A stretch of 64,000 bases of DNA from Gammaproteobacteria bacterium. Its GTDB lineage: Bacteria; Pseudomonadota; Gammaproteobacteria; UBA4575. Below, piece after piece: positions 10,374 through 19,448 of this stretch. The number at the start of each line of letters is the position of its first letter. Position 1 is the stretch's first letter. The notes beneath the pieces are model-generated. The model saw nothing but the letters and a program-made list of their open reading frames with translations. It was not told the DNA's origin and searched no databases. The stretch covers positions 832,001 through 896,000 of the forward strand of contig CBDEUS010000001.1 in assembly GCA_965243395.1 (NCBI GenBank). The letters run 5' to 3'. A program made the position numbers and the translations under genes.

Positions 10374-11861
10374 ATGAAAATTAAAAGAATTTTCACTACG
10401 GTTATAGCCTCAAGTTTACTCATAAGCCCATTTATCATTCTTGCTGAAAACGAAGCAATGAAAGAAGCCGGTGAAATGGCTAAAGATGCTGGTAGTGCAA
10501 CTGCATCTGCTATAAAAAAAGTGGCTAGTGCAACTGCCAATGATGCTTCATCTGCTTTGCCAAATGCAAAAGCGGGTGAATGTTATGCAAAAGTAGTTAT
10601 CCCTGCCGAATATAAAACCGAATCTCAAACTGTTACTGTTAAAGAAGCATCGTCTAAAATTGAAATTATTCCTGCTAAGTACGAGTGGAGCGAAGAAAAG
10701 GTTCTTGTTAAAGAAGCTTCTAAAAAGTTAATTCCTGTGCCAGCTACTTATGAAAATGTAACTGAAAAAGTACTCGTTACACCTGCTGAAAAAATTTGGA
10801 CAAGCGGTGCTAAGAAAAATGCTGGTCGTGCAAATGCATCCGTTCTTGCGGGAGCTGTCTCGAACGGCTTAAACCTTGCCGATGCGAAAGTCGGAAGTTG
10901 TTATGCTGAGTATCACATACCTGCTCAATATAAAACTGAAACTCAAAAAGTCCTGAAAACGGAAGCTTCACACAAAATAGAAATAATTCCTGCAAAGTAT
11001 GAGTGGAGCGAAGAGAAGGTTCTCGTTAAAGAAGCTTCCTCTAAGCTAATTGAAGTACCTGCGATGTATGAAACGGTTACTGAAAAAGTTTTAGTTAAGC
11101 CTGCCACTACGGAATGGAAAAAAGGACGTGGACCTGTTGAGAGGATAGATGGCAGCACAGGTGAAATTATGTGTTTGGTTGAAATTCCAGCTGTCTATAA
11201 AACAGTAAGCAAGCGTGTACTTAAAAGTCCTTCAACAACTAAGAAAGTAGATATTCCTGCTGAATATAAAGTTGAGAAAGTCCGCAAGCTTGTAAGTCCT
11301 TCAAAAGAAAAGAAAATTGAGATTCCTGCAACCTATGAAACTGTAACCAAGCGAGCAAAAACTGCTGATGAAAAAGTGATGTGGGCGCTCAAAGGTAGCA
11401 GTGTAGGTGGTAATGGCAAAGCAACAGGTTCTGCATTGTGCCTCAAAGAAGTTCCAGCGGTTTACAAAACTGTAAAACAGAAAAAAGTAAAAACACCTGC
11501 AACCACTAAAGTTGTAGATGTGCCCGCAGAATATAAAGTAATTAAAAAGCGTAAGCTTGCTTCACCGGCAGCTGAAAAGAAAATAGAAATACCAGCTAAA
11601 ACTCAGGTGGTTTCTAGGAAAGTTAAAGTTGCTGAAGAGTCAATGCAATGGAGACCTGTATTATGCGAAACAAATATGAGTGATACGACAATCACTGATA
11701 TTCAACGTGCATTAAAAAAAGCAGGTCATAATCCAGGACCAATTGATGGAAAAATTGGTAATCAGACTTTAGTTGCAGTGGAGGCATTCCAAAGAGCAAA
11801 TGGCCTACCGCGTGGCGGACTAACTTTGCAAACTCTAGAAAAGTTAGGCGTTAAGATATAA
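10374..11861 (+). CDS. Exported repeat protein with C-terminal peptidoglycan-binding domain
   Basis: Start placed at ATG 10374 after GGAGAAG; signal peptide; many ~23-aa PAxY repeats; C-terminal IQRALKKAGHNPGPIDGKIG.QTL.AV.AFQRANGL. Confidence 0.82.
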   Translation: MKIKRIFTTVIASSLLISPFIILAENEAMKEAGEMAKDAGSATASAIKKVASATANDASSALPNAKAGECYAKVVIPAEYKTESQTVTVKEASSKIEIIPAKYEWSEEKVLVKEASKKLIPVPATYENVTEKVLVTPAEKIWTSGAKKNAGRANASVLAGAVSNGLNLADAKVGSCYAEYHIPAQYKTETQKVLKTEASHKIEIIPAKYEWSEEKVLVKEASSKLIEVPAMYETVTEKVLVKPATTEWKKGRGPVERIDGSTGEIMCLVEIPAVYKTVSKRVLKSPSTTKKVDIPAEYKVEKVRKLVSPSKEKKIEIPATYETVTKRAKTADEKVMWALKGSSVGGNGKATGSALCLKEVPAVYKTVKQKKVKTPATTKVVDVPAEYKVIKKRKLASPAAEKKIEIPAKTQVVSRKVKVAEESMQWRPVLCETNMSDTTITDIQRALKKAGHNPGPIDGKIGNQTLVAVEAFQRANGLPRGGLTLQTLEKLGVKI

Positions 11862-11887
11862 TCTTATTATTGCTTTAATTTAAATTT

Positions 11888-11919
11888 AAGGCTTCTTAGT
11901 TCGCTAAGGAGCCTTTTTT
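11888..11919 (+). terminator. Intrinsic terminator
   Basis: AAGGCTTCTTAG-TTCG-CTAAGGAGCC followed by a T run. Confidence 0.85.
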
Positions 11920-11942
11920 ATGCCAACCAAATTTGAAGTTAA

Positions 11943-12815
11943 GTGTTCAAAGCTGTTTCATCCAAATTTTTAGTTCCATTCGATGGTAACTTTTCTTTAA
12001 GTGAAGTTTCTGCTGCGCCGCCTGCTTCGTTTGATGCAAATAAAAACTATAAAAAGAAGCTAGATAAGGTTGTAGAGGATTTACACGATTTACAAAGAAT
12101 ACTTTATGCGCATGATAAGCATGCACTGTTAATAGTATTTCAGGCAATGGATGCGGCTGGAAAAGATTCAACGATTCGAGCAGTAATGTCTGGCGTCAAC
12201 CCTGCAGGTTGTCAAGTATTTTCATTTAAGAAGCCGTCTAGCATGGAACTTGATCATGACTTTTTATGGCGAACAAATAAATGTTTGCCTGAAAGAGGTC
12301 GTATTGGAATATTTAATCGTAGTTACTATGAAGAGGTTCTAGTTGTGCGAGTTCACCCTGGCATCTTAAATTATCAGAATCTACCTGATAAAATTAACTT
12401 TGATACGATATGGCAAGAACGTTATGAGTCCATTCAAGATATGGAAAAACATTTAGCGCGTAATGGAACCGTAATACTAAAATTCTGGTTAAATGTTTCA
12501 AAAGATGAACAGAAAAATCGTTTTTTAGCACGAATCGATACTCAAGAAAAAAATTGGAAATGGTCTTCTGGAGATTTAAAAGAACGCGCACACTGGCAAG
12601 ATTATATGCAAGCATATGAAGATGCTTTGAGTGCAACTTCCAAGTCCTGGGCACCTTGGTATGCTATTCCTGCTGACGATAAGCCTTATATGCGATATAG
12701 CGTAGCAAAAATCGTCAAAAATACTTTAGAAAGCTTAAATTTAAAATATCCAAACCTTGATGAAGAGGAAAGAAAAAATTTAAAAATGGCCAGAGAACAA
12801 TTGTTAAAAGAATAA
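11943..12815 (+). CDS. ppk2: Polyphosphate kinase 2 family (polyphosphate:nucleotide phosphotransferase)
   Basis: QAMDAAGKD, FKKPS..ELDHDFLWR, FNRSYYEEVL, APWYAIPADDK. Confidence 0.9.
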   Translation: MFKAVSSKFLVPFDGNFSLSEVSAAPPASFDANKNYKKKLDKVVEDLHDLQRILYAHDKHALLIVFQAMDAAGKDSTIRAVMSGVNPAGCQVFSFKKPSSMELDHDFLWRTNKCLPERGRIGIFNRSYYEEVLVVRVHPGILNYQNLPDKINFDTIWQERYESIQDMEKHLARNGTVILKFWLNVSKDEQKNRFLARIDTQEKNWKWSSGDLKERAHWQDYMQAYEDALSATSKSWAPWYAIPADDKPYMRYSVAKIVKNTLESLNLKYPNLDEEERKNLKMAREQLLKE

Positions 12816-12831
12816 ATGGCTATCTAAAATA

Positions 12832-13173
12832 TTAACCAGGCGGCCAGTTAAAACTTCTTCCTGCTAATAGATGAACATGCAAATGAAATACTGTTTGACC
12901 TGCGTTCTCACCATTATTTATTACTAGTCGAAAAGCATCTTTTACCCCTAAATCTTCAGCAATTTCGCCAGCTTTCAGTAGCAGGTGTCCTAGAATATTC
13001 TGATCGACATTACTCGCATCAGCCACCTTAGTGATTACTTTTTTTGGGATGATAAGGACATGAATTGGCGCTTGAGGGTTTACATCTTTAAATGCTAAAC
13101 ATTGATCATCCTCATAAACAATTTCTGCAGGAATTTCTTTACGGATGATTTTAGAAAATATAGTTTCACTCAT
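12832..13173 (-). CDS. hinT: Histidine triad nucleotide-binding protein
   Basis: TIFSKII..EIPA, GQTVFHLHVH, WPPG end. Confidence 0.9.
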   Translation of the reverse strand: MSETIFSKIIRKEIPAEIVYEDDQCLAFKDVNPQAPIHVLIIPKKVITKVADASNVDQNILGHLLLKAGEIAEDLGVKDAFRLVINNGENAGQTVFHLHVHLLAGRSFNWPPG

Positions 13174-13203
13174 TGTTCTTTACAAATAGTGCATTACAAG
13201 TTT

Positions 13204-13620
13204 TCAACTCACTATTTCAAGCAATTTATTTTGAAGCCATTCGAGACGAGTAATCTGCTTAAGATCGCTATTTTTATCAATTGCTAGAATACCATCTTTT
13301 ACAATAACTTCATTATTTGAAGTATCGTCGATACATGTCCAATTTTTTCGGTCAATGATGGAGCAGTTTGAATATGTACTGAGGCTTGCTAGGTCTTTAT
13401 CGGAATAGGTGACGGCATTGTTTTCCTTATCTATGGTGAATACGGAAGTAGGGTTGTCAATCCAATTACCTTTACAATAGGTGTTATCTAGAATCATATT
13501 GTCACAGGTTTGGGTATAGACATGTAGTTTCGTGCTATATGGGTTTATGTCGTACACCCACATAATACAACCCGCAACTGCAAGCACTAAAATCGCGAGA
13601 ATAAAATCACTAAAGCTCAT
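13204..13620 (-). CDS. Hypothetical protein, N-terminal membrane anchor, Cys-containing exported part
   Basis: 138-aa ORF with GGAGG RBS. Confidence 0.6.
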   Translation of the reverse strand: MSFSDFILAILVLAVAGCIMWVYDINPYSTKLHVYTQTCDNMILDNTYCKGNWIDNPTSVFTIDKENNAVTYSDKDLASLSTYSNCSIIDRKNWTCIDDTSNNEVIVKDGILAIDKNSDLKQITRLEWLQNKLLEIVS

Positions 13621-13723
13621 TTATATACCTCCCAACTTTGAGAGGTAAGTATAGCTATAGCTGAACGGTGTTAAAAGAGAAGTAGAATAATCTCTAAGAT
13701 AAATTGAAATTAGTTGGAATTAT

Positions 13724-14377
13724 TTAAAACCAGCCACCCATGTCAAAACGAAGGGCAAAACCTATTGCATCTTCATCTACATCACCAACTGCGGGCACAT
13801 AATAGGTTTTTAATGAAGCACGACCATTCTTAAGTAATACATAAGGTACGGCTGCTAGACGTGGAGAAAAGCCACTGTCATAACCTGTCACAATTCCACC
13901 TAATATGCCAAGACCAAACCAATCAGCACCAATTGTTCGCTCATGACCAATCCCCCAGTAGGTACTGAATTTATCGATACTATTCTCAAAAAACCCTCCT
14001 GCTAGGTAGTAACCATCAAGATGATATTCCAAACCAACTCCAGGATTAAATTCGTTAAAATCATCTTCACTGTCTTCACTTGGGTGGTACGAGGCAAGGT
14101 TTATTTGAACAAATAAACGTCCATCTTCCAGAATAGACTCATTGTTGCCGGAATAAAATTTACCTTTTTGGTCTTTTCCATGATCATCAGGTACAGAATA
14201 GACTTCTTCTGATTTAGCAATCTCAATATTTTCGCTAGCATCACCAGCTAACTCGTCCGCTGTAGAGATATTGATCAAGCTAAGTGAGAAAAGAGCTGAA
14301 ATTAGTATTTTTTTAACCAAGGCAATATTTTGCATCTCCATATGCTCCCAACATAAGTTATTAAGACGATAAAACAA
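13724..14377 (-). CDS. Putative small outer-membrane beta-barrel protein
   Basis: Signal peptide; FNEFNPGVGLEY and alternating strands; terminal aromatic residue; true start probably at MEMQN. Confidence 0.55.
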   Translation of the reverse strand: MFYRLNNLCWEHMEMQNIALVKKILISALFSLSLINISTADELAGDASENIEIAKSEEVYSVPDDHGKDQKGKFYSGNNESILEDGRLFVQINLASYHPSEDSEDDFNEFNPGVGLEYHLDGYYLAGGFFENSIDKFSTYWGIGHERTIGADWFGLGILGGIVTGYDSGFSPRLAAVPYVLLKNGRASLKTYYVPAVGDVDEDAIGFALRFDMGGWF

Positions 14378-14551
14378 TAATTTGTAGAGAATTTTTTCTA
14401 TACGCTATTGGGACACAAAAGCTATCAATAAGGGTATTCTGACCGATGAAGGACGTGAAATTTGGGGATGAAAAGCAGGCAAATGCAGGAATTTTTTGTA
14501 CAACAGGTCTGTCGCCCAGTAATGAAAACCCTGAAGTCCAAGTGAGAGTTT

Positions 14552-14971
14552 TTAAGCTATTTCTGTTGCTCCCTCAAGAAAAATACATAAAGCTCCTATA
14601 ATTATCGAAACGGCCATATAGAGAAATTGTTCAAAAACGAAATAGAACATACCAATAATGACTAAAGATGCGCCGAGGAAATATAACGTGATCCCAGGTA
14701 CTAAATCTCTAGTGCGTTTTTTTAGCCCAGAAATGAGTAGTTTGATACCAGTAATCAACAAACTTATAAAAAATACTAGCCAAAGCAAATGAAACAAAAT
14801 TGAATTTGACATGAAAGAGAAACCATTCTGATTCAAAGTGTGATAAATACCAGGAATAATTTTACTCAGCCAGAATATGCCAATTGCTGCGGCGGCAATG
14901 CATATCACTCCGATGATAAATGTAAGCGCACTAAATAATGGTTTCGCTGATTGAGGATGTGTAAGTTGCAT
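14552..14971 (-). CDS. Hypothetical membrane protein
   Basis: Four hydrophobic segments. Confidence 0.6.
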   Translation of the reverse strand: MQLTHPQSAKPLFSALTFIIGVICIAAAAIGIFWLSKIIPGIYHTLNQNGFSFMSNSILFHLLWLVFFISLLITGIKLLISGLKKRTRDLVPGITLYFLGASLVIIGMFYFVFEQFLYMAVSIIIGALCIFLEGATEIA

Positions 14972-14991
14972 AACACCTTCTATTTAAATTT

Positions 14992-15402
14992 CTATTCTAT
15001 CACTAGTGGTGATTTATTGGCTTTAGCACGGATCCAATTTAATGATTTGAGTACTTTAGGAGATGAGACTATTTTTCTCTCAAGGCGATATTTCCCAGGG
15101 AAATTCATAAAAAATAAACCTATTAGAATAGTGAGTATTCCTTGACCAGGCAGTACTAGCATCAATATTCCCAGCACTACAAGTATAAAGCCGAATAAGT
15201 TTTTGATACCTGCGAGAAATTGAGTGAATAATGGATGTCCGCTTTGCTTGCTGATTCGCACGCGGTAGCGCTCACTGAAATAATCTTGAGGGATCTTGAT
15301 TACGATCCAGGGGATCACAGCTATACTAATGGCCAATAGGACAACTGATATCCATGCAAGAATAATAAATTCATTCTTGTAGTTATGTAAGAGTTCTAGC
15401 AT
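14992..15402 (-). CDS. PGPGW-like transmembrane protein
   Basis: LMLVLPGQGILTILIGL..MNFPGK. Confidence 0.72.
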   Translation of the reverse strand: MLELLHNYKNEFIILAWISVVLLAISIAVIPWIVIKIPQDYFSERYRVRISKQSGHPLFTQFLAGIKNLFGFILVVLGILMLVLPGQGILTILIGLFFMNFPGKYRLERKIVSSPKVLKSLNWIRAKANKSPLVIE

Positions 15403-15453
15403 ATTCAGAGCGGCTGATTTTACCTGCTCTTAATATAGAAAGAACACTGTTTT

Positions 15454-15702
15454 TTACCAGACTCGCAGTTTCCTAATATATAGGTTAATTGCGGCAAGTA
15501 AATCTTTAGCGGGCATAGACTTAAAAGCTAATGAATCTGAGTTTTTTAGCACTTCAACTAAATTTTCAGATGCTTGAGTTACGAGGTATTGCTTGAGTTC
15601 GTATAAAGTAGGGGGCTTGCCTATTTGGTTTTTATAGTGTGAAACAAATATTGGCTCTACTTCTTTGATTAAATAATTTTGATCCAAAAGTGCAGATGAC
15701 AT
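15454..15702 (-). CDS. Hypothetical protein
   Basis: 82-aa ORF filling the gap, same strand as neighbours. Confidence 0.45.
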   Translation of the reverse strand: MSSALLDQNYLIKEVEPIFVSHYKNQIGKPPTLYELKQYLVTQASENLVEVLKNSDSLAFKSMPAKDLLAAINLYIRKLRVW

Positions 15703-15812
15703 ATAAGTTTCGGAAGCAGGTTATATGAATTCATTGATATTAATTTAGAAATTAAATTTAGTGAATGCCGCTTAAGCTAGTTTTTATTACCGATAAGCAT
15801 TCAGTTCAAATT

Positions 15813-16253
15813 ATGAAAATAATTCACTTAACCAAGTATATAGTTCTCACGTTACTTACAAGTACGATATGCGCTTGTGGCGCACTACGATGGCACTCGG
15901 TAGAAGAAATGCCGGCTGAGTCGATAGCCTATATACGTGACGGTGTTTTTGTTTCTGGTAACTATATACGTAGTGCAACTATTGTAGAAATTGATGGCAA
16001 AAAGTCAGAAGAATCTAATCAAGGTTTGCATGAAATAAATATAGGTACACATGAAATCACAATATACTGTGATGAAGCTGAAGGTGAATTTGACTCGAAC
16101 GAACTTACAGGGAAGTCGAGAATTCTAAAGTTTGAAGCACAGATTCAAAGAACTTACTTAGTTCGATGCGAACCTTTTACTCATTGGTGGATTGAAGATT
16201 CAGAAAATCAGTCAATAGTAGCTGGCGAAAAAAATATAATTGAATATGAATAA
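15813..16253 (+). CDS. Hypothetical lipoprotein
   Basis: MKII start, lipobox-like ICAC, small beta-rich domain. Confidence 0.55.
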   Translation: MKIIHLTKYIVLTLLTSTICACGALRWHSVEEMPAESIAYIRDGVFVSGNYIRSATIVEIDGKKSEESNQGLHEINIGTHEITIYCDEAEGEFDSNELTGKSRILKFEAQIQRTYLVRCEPFTHWWIEDSENQSIVAGEKNIIEYE

Positions 16254-16258
16254 GCTTT

Positions 16259-16900
16259 TTAATGCGCTGTATTCATAGCTAGTGATGGCTGATTAGCAAG
16301 AGTAATTCTCTCTATTAATTCATCTAAAGAAGTTTCAGCAATCTCTTTAGTAAACGCTGTACGAAAAGTACGAAGAATACTCATTCCTTCCACTCGGACA
16401 TCCACTATCTTGGAAGACACATCAGTAACTCTAAACACATAGCTAACTTGCAATGGCTTATTTCCGTTACGAGCATCTAATTTTGTATTAACGGTTTGAT
16501 AGAGTTTATCTTGATGAGCTTTTTCAGGCATCACTGTGACTTCTGCATTTGAATACTCAGCTAAGTGCTTGCCATAAGTTCTAATGAGCATCTGCTTAAA
16601 TTCATTAACGAAGGCGTTTCTCTGTTCAACGCTAGCTGTTTTCCAATGTTTCGCCAAAATATATTTTCCCATTCTCTCGACATCACATATGGGAAGGATA
16701 ATTTCATCAACAAGCTCATTAATTTTACTAGGATTGTTTTGGATTTCAGACGCATCATTTTTAAGCACCGTCAAAACACTTGAAGATGTTTTTTCAATAA
16801 TTTGCTGTGGCGTTGCTTGACCTGCAACTAAAACTATTGGGATAAGAGTAATTATGATTACAAATAAAAAACTTATTTGAGGTTTAAAGCTTCTTAACAT
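16259..16900 (-). CDS. MlaC/Ttg2D-family periplasmic phospholipid-binding protein
   Basis: MGKYILAKHWKTAS.EQR.AFV.EFKQMLIRTY, IVDVRVEGMS. Confidence 0.82.
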   Translation of the reverse strand: MLRSFKPQISFLFVIIITLIPIVLVAGQATPQQIIEKTSSSVLTVLKNDASEIQNNPSKINELVDEIILPICDVERMGKYILAKHWKTASVEQRNAFVNEFKQMLIRTYGKHLAEYSNAEVTVMPEKAHQDKLYQTVNTKLDARNGNKPLQVSYVFRVTDVSSKIVDVRVEGMSILRTFRTAFTKEIAETSLDELIERITLANQPSLAMNTAH

Positions 16901-17042
16901 ATCTGCTCATTACTTGGAGGGAAGTGGCTATTCTTATACACATATACTTATGTGGAGCAGAGCAAGAGATAAAAGGTGTAATTAAGTAGTTGAGTTGTAT
17001 AAATTATTTGGCCCGATTGTGGGCCAATTACTTATACAAATG

Positions 17043-17336
17043 CTATAAATCAATATTACTAACAATACTTTCAAGCTCTTTAAGGTTTATTTCAGTCTTT
17101 CCCATAACAATTAATAGCTGCACAAAGAGCTGTGCGCCAAAATTGCCACGGTTGATTTTGACCCTAAGATTTTCAGGGGATTGTGAGGTGCCCAGTTTTT
17201 TAAGATTATTGCTTAAATCAGCATAGGTGATACCGGACGCAGCCATGTGAGCCTTGATAAGTCTTGATATACCAGTTGCCCATTTAGGGTCATATACGGA
17301 ATAAGTTTGCTTGTCAGCTGATTGCATTAATAACAT
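17043..17336 (-). CDS. DUF6471-like small DNA-binding protein
   Basis: LIKAHMAASGITYADLS..L..LG......NLRVKINRGNF.AQLFVQ.L. Confidence 0.7.
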   Translation of the reverse strand: MLLMQSADKQTYSVYDPKWATGISRLIKAHMAASGITYADLSNNLKKLGTSQSPENLRVKINRGNFGAQLFVQLLIVMGKTEINLKELESIVSNIDL

Positions 17337-17428
17337 ATAAGTTACTGAAGTAACTATATATTAACATTAGTAAAATAATACTTCTAGTTTCCTTGAAAAA
17401 AGTGTAAAATTATGTAAATATATAGTTA
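17331..17428. promoter_or_regulatory. Three TAAC-N6-GTTA-like palindromic operator candidates in the divergent promoter region
   Basis: 17331-17344 TAACATATAAGTTA, 17351-17364 TAACTATATATTAA, 17415-17428 TAAATATATAGTTA (inside TATGTAA-N8-TTACATA). Confidence 0.4.
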
Positions 17429-17477
17429 CATACAAAACGATATCTTTACAAACACTTGGTTTAACTAGGAGGGTCTT

Positions 17478-18395
17478 ATGTTAGAGATTTTGCCTATTGC
17501 CTTTTTAGTATTGGCAATACTCACCGTTATCATGGCGGTAAAGCGCGTACCACAAGGTTTCGAATGGACCGTTGAACGTTTTGGCAGGTTTAGAAAAACC
17601 TTACAACCCGGATTACGTTTTATTGTTCCGTACGTTGACGTTGTGAGCAATAAGGTGAACATGAAAGAAAGAGTGTTAGACGTGCCTTCACAAGAAGTCA
17701 TTACACGTGATAATGCGGTAGTGCGTGTAGATGGGGTAGTGTTTTACCAAGTTCTTGATCCTGTTAAGTCCTCATACAACGTAAACAATTTACAGCGCGC
17801 GACGTTAAATCTAACTATGACCAATATACGTACCGTACTAGGTTCAATGGATTTAGATGAATCATTGTCTAAACGTGACAAGATAAATGCTGAGCTTTTA
17901 CAAGTTGTGGATGAAGCGACTTCGCCATGGGGTGTTAAAGTGACACGTATTGAAATTAAAGATATAGCGCCACCCCAAGATTTAGTAGATGCAATGGCAA
18001 GACAGATGAAAGCTGAACGAGATAAGCGTGCAGAAATTTTAACTTCAGAGGGCGTAAAGCAATCGGAGATTCTGCGTGCAGAAGGTGAAAAGCAAGCTGC
18101 GATTCTTGATGCAGACGGTCGCTTAGAAGCGGCAAAACGTGACGCTGCAGCAAGAGAAACATTGGCAAAAGCAGAAGCTAATGCAACAGAAATGGTTTCG
18201 CAAGCGATTGCGTCTGGTGATATTCAGGCCGTGAACTACTTTGTTGCCACAAAATATGTAGATGCATTGAGTACCATTGGTTCTGCAAATAACCAAAAAG
18301 TTATCATGTTGCCTGTTGAAGCAACGAGCTTGATTGGTTCAGTCGGCGGTATAGCTGAAATTGCTAAAACTGCGTTAGCAAAAAACGAAACGTAA
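17478..18395 (+). CDS. qmcA: SPFH/stomatin-like protein (QmcA/YbbK)
   Basis: VPQG.EWTVERFG, QEVITRDNA, WGVKVTRIEIKDI.PP, QMKAER.KRA. Confidence 0.9.
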   Translation: MLEILPIAFLVLAILTVIMAVKRVPQGFEWTVERFGRFRKTLQPGLRFIVPYVDVVSNKVNMKERVLDVPSQEVITRDNAVVRVDGVVFYQVLDPVKSSYNVNNLQRATLNLTMTNIRTVLGSMDLDESLSKRDKINAELLQVVDEATSPWGVKVTRIEIKDIAPPQDLVDAMARQMKAERDKRAEILTSEGVKQSEILRAEGEKQAAILDADGRLEAAKRDAAARETLAKAEANATEMVSQAIASGDIQAVNYFVATKYVDALSTIGSANNQKVIMLPVEATSLIGSVGGIAEIAKTALAKNET

Positions 18396-18427
18396 AGTTT
18401 CATAAAACTATTAACTAAGGAAGTATC

Positions 18428-18874
18428 ATGAGTGAATTCATTACAAATTTACAATATTGGCATTGGTGGGTATTGGCCATTGTATGTCTTACATTGGAGA
18501 TTTTTGCTCCTGGTGCAATTTTCATTTGGTTTAGTGTGTCTGCCGCAATCATGGGTGGGATACTTTTATTGGCGCCTGATTTAATTTGGCAATGGCAAAT
18601 TGCAATTTTTGGTGCTTTGTCGTTACTTACAATTATAGCTTGGAGGCAGTATCGCAAAAAAGTACCAGAGAAAGACAGTTATCCTACTCTCAATAAAAGA
18701 GGCGAAGAACTTATTGGTCGAACATTTACTTTAGATGAGGCTATTGTAAACAATTACGGCAAGATTCGTGTTGATGACACCATGTGGAAGATCACAGGTG
18801 AAGATTGCGAGGTTGGTCAGAAGATAAAAGTTACTTCGCTAAGTGGTACGGTATTAAATGTAGAGCACATTTAA
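18428..18874 (+). CDS. NfeD-family membrane protein (YbbJ-like)
   Basis: WHWWVLA...LEIFAPG, LNKRG.ELIG, GKIRVDDT.W; follows the SPFH gene. Confidence 0.88.
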   Translation: MSEFITNLQYWHWWVLAIVCLTLEIFAPGAIFIWFSVSAAIMGGILLLAPDLIWQWQIAIFGALSLLTIIAWRQYRKKVPEKDSYPTLNKRGEELIGRTFTLDEAIVNNYGKIRVDDTMWKITGEDCEVGQKIKVTSLSGTVLNVEHI

Positions 18875-18881
18875 TTGCTTA

Positions 18882-18911
18882 TTAGAGTGCATCTTTTGTG
18901 ATGCACTCTAA
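18882..18911 (+). terminator. Perfect 12-bp stem hairpin, probable terminator
   Basis: TTAGAGTGCATC-TTTTGT-GATGCACTCTAA just after the nfeD stop. Confidence 0.55.
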
Positions 18912-19174
18912 ATTATGGTTTTGAAATTAATAATAAAAAAAATTTCTTTATAATTATTGTGTTTAAATTAATTGTATTTCGTATCAGTCAGTTATGTTTG
19001 AGACTAGATTGATTCTAATAAAACTATCTCAAACAAGTATTTTTTTATATTTGTAATGCATTGATTTTTAATTAGTTTAAATACAAATTATCGTTGTATT
19101 ACCGTTCATAGGTAAAAATTACCCTCTCGTCGTGCTCATAAATTAATCGCATTGCTTTCCCTTCAGAATTCGCA

Positions 19175-19357
19175 CCTGGAGTTTGGAACAATGAAGCGGC
19201 TAGCTTGCCGATGCGATTATCACTTAGGACAGTGATATCTAATAAGGCAATGCCGCGACTATCAGTCAGCAGAATTTCTGTAGAAGAGTTTCTGCTTTAG
19301 ATTGATAGTTACCTACCTAGTACGTTTCGTTCTTTCTTATTCCAAATGCAGTCCAGG
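19175..19357 (+). ncRNA. Candidate structured cis-regulatory or non-coding RNA (unassigned)
   Basis: Nested complementary segments: CCTGGA/TCCAGG and TTTGGAA/TTCCAAA outer stem; GCGGC/GCCGC, TTGCC/GGCAA, TATCACT/AGTGATA hairpin; ACTATCAGTC/GATTGATAGT with AGCAGAA/TTCTGCT hairpin. Confidence 0.45.
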
Positions 19358-19448
19358 AAGTGGCTGTCGATAAGCTCTCGCTTAAATATTTTACTTAAGC
19401 GAAACAAAGTTGATCGATATGAAAGTTTTTAATACGAGAGGTGCGAAA

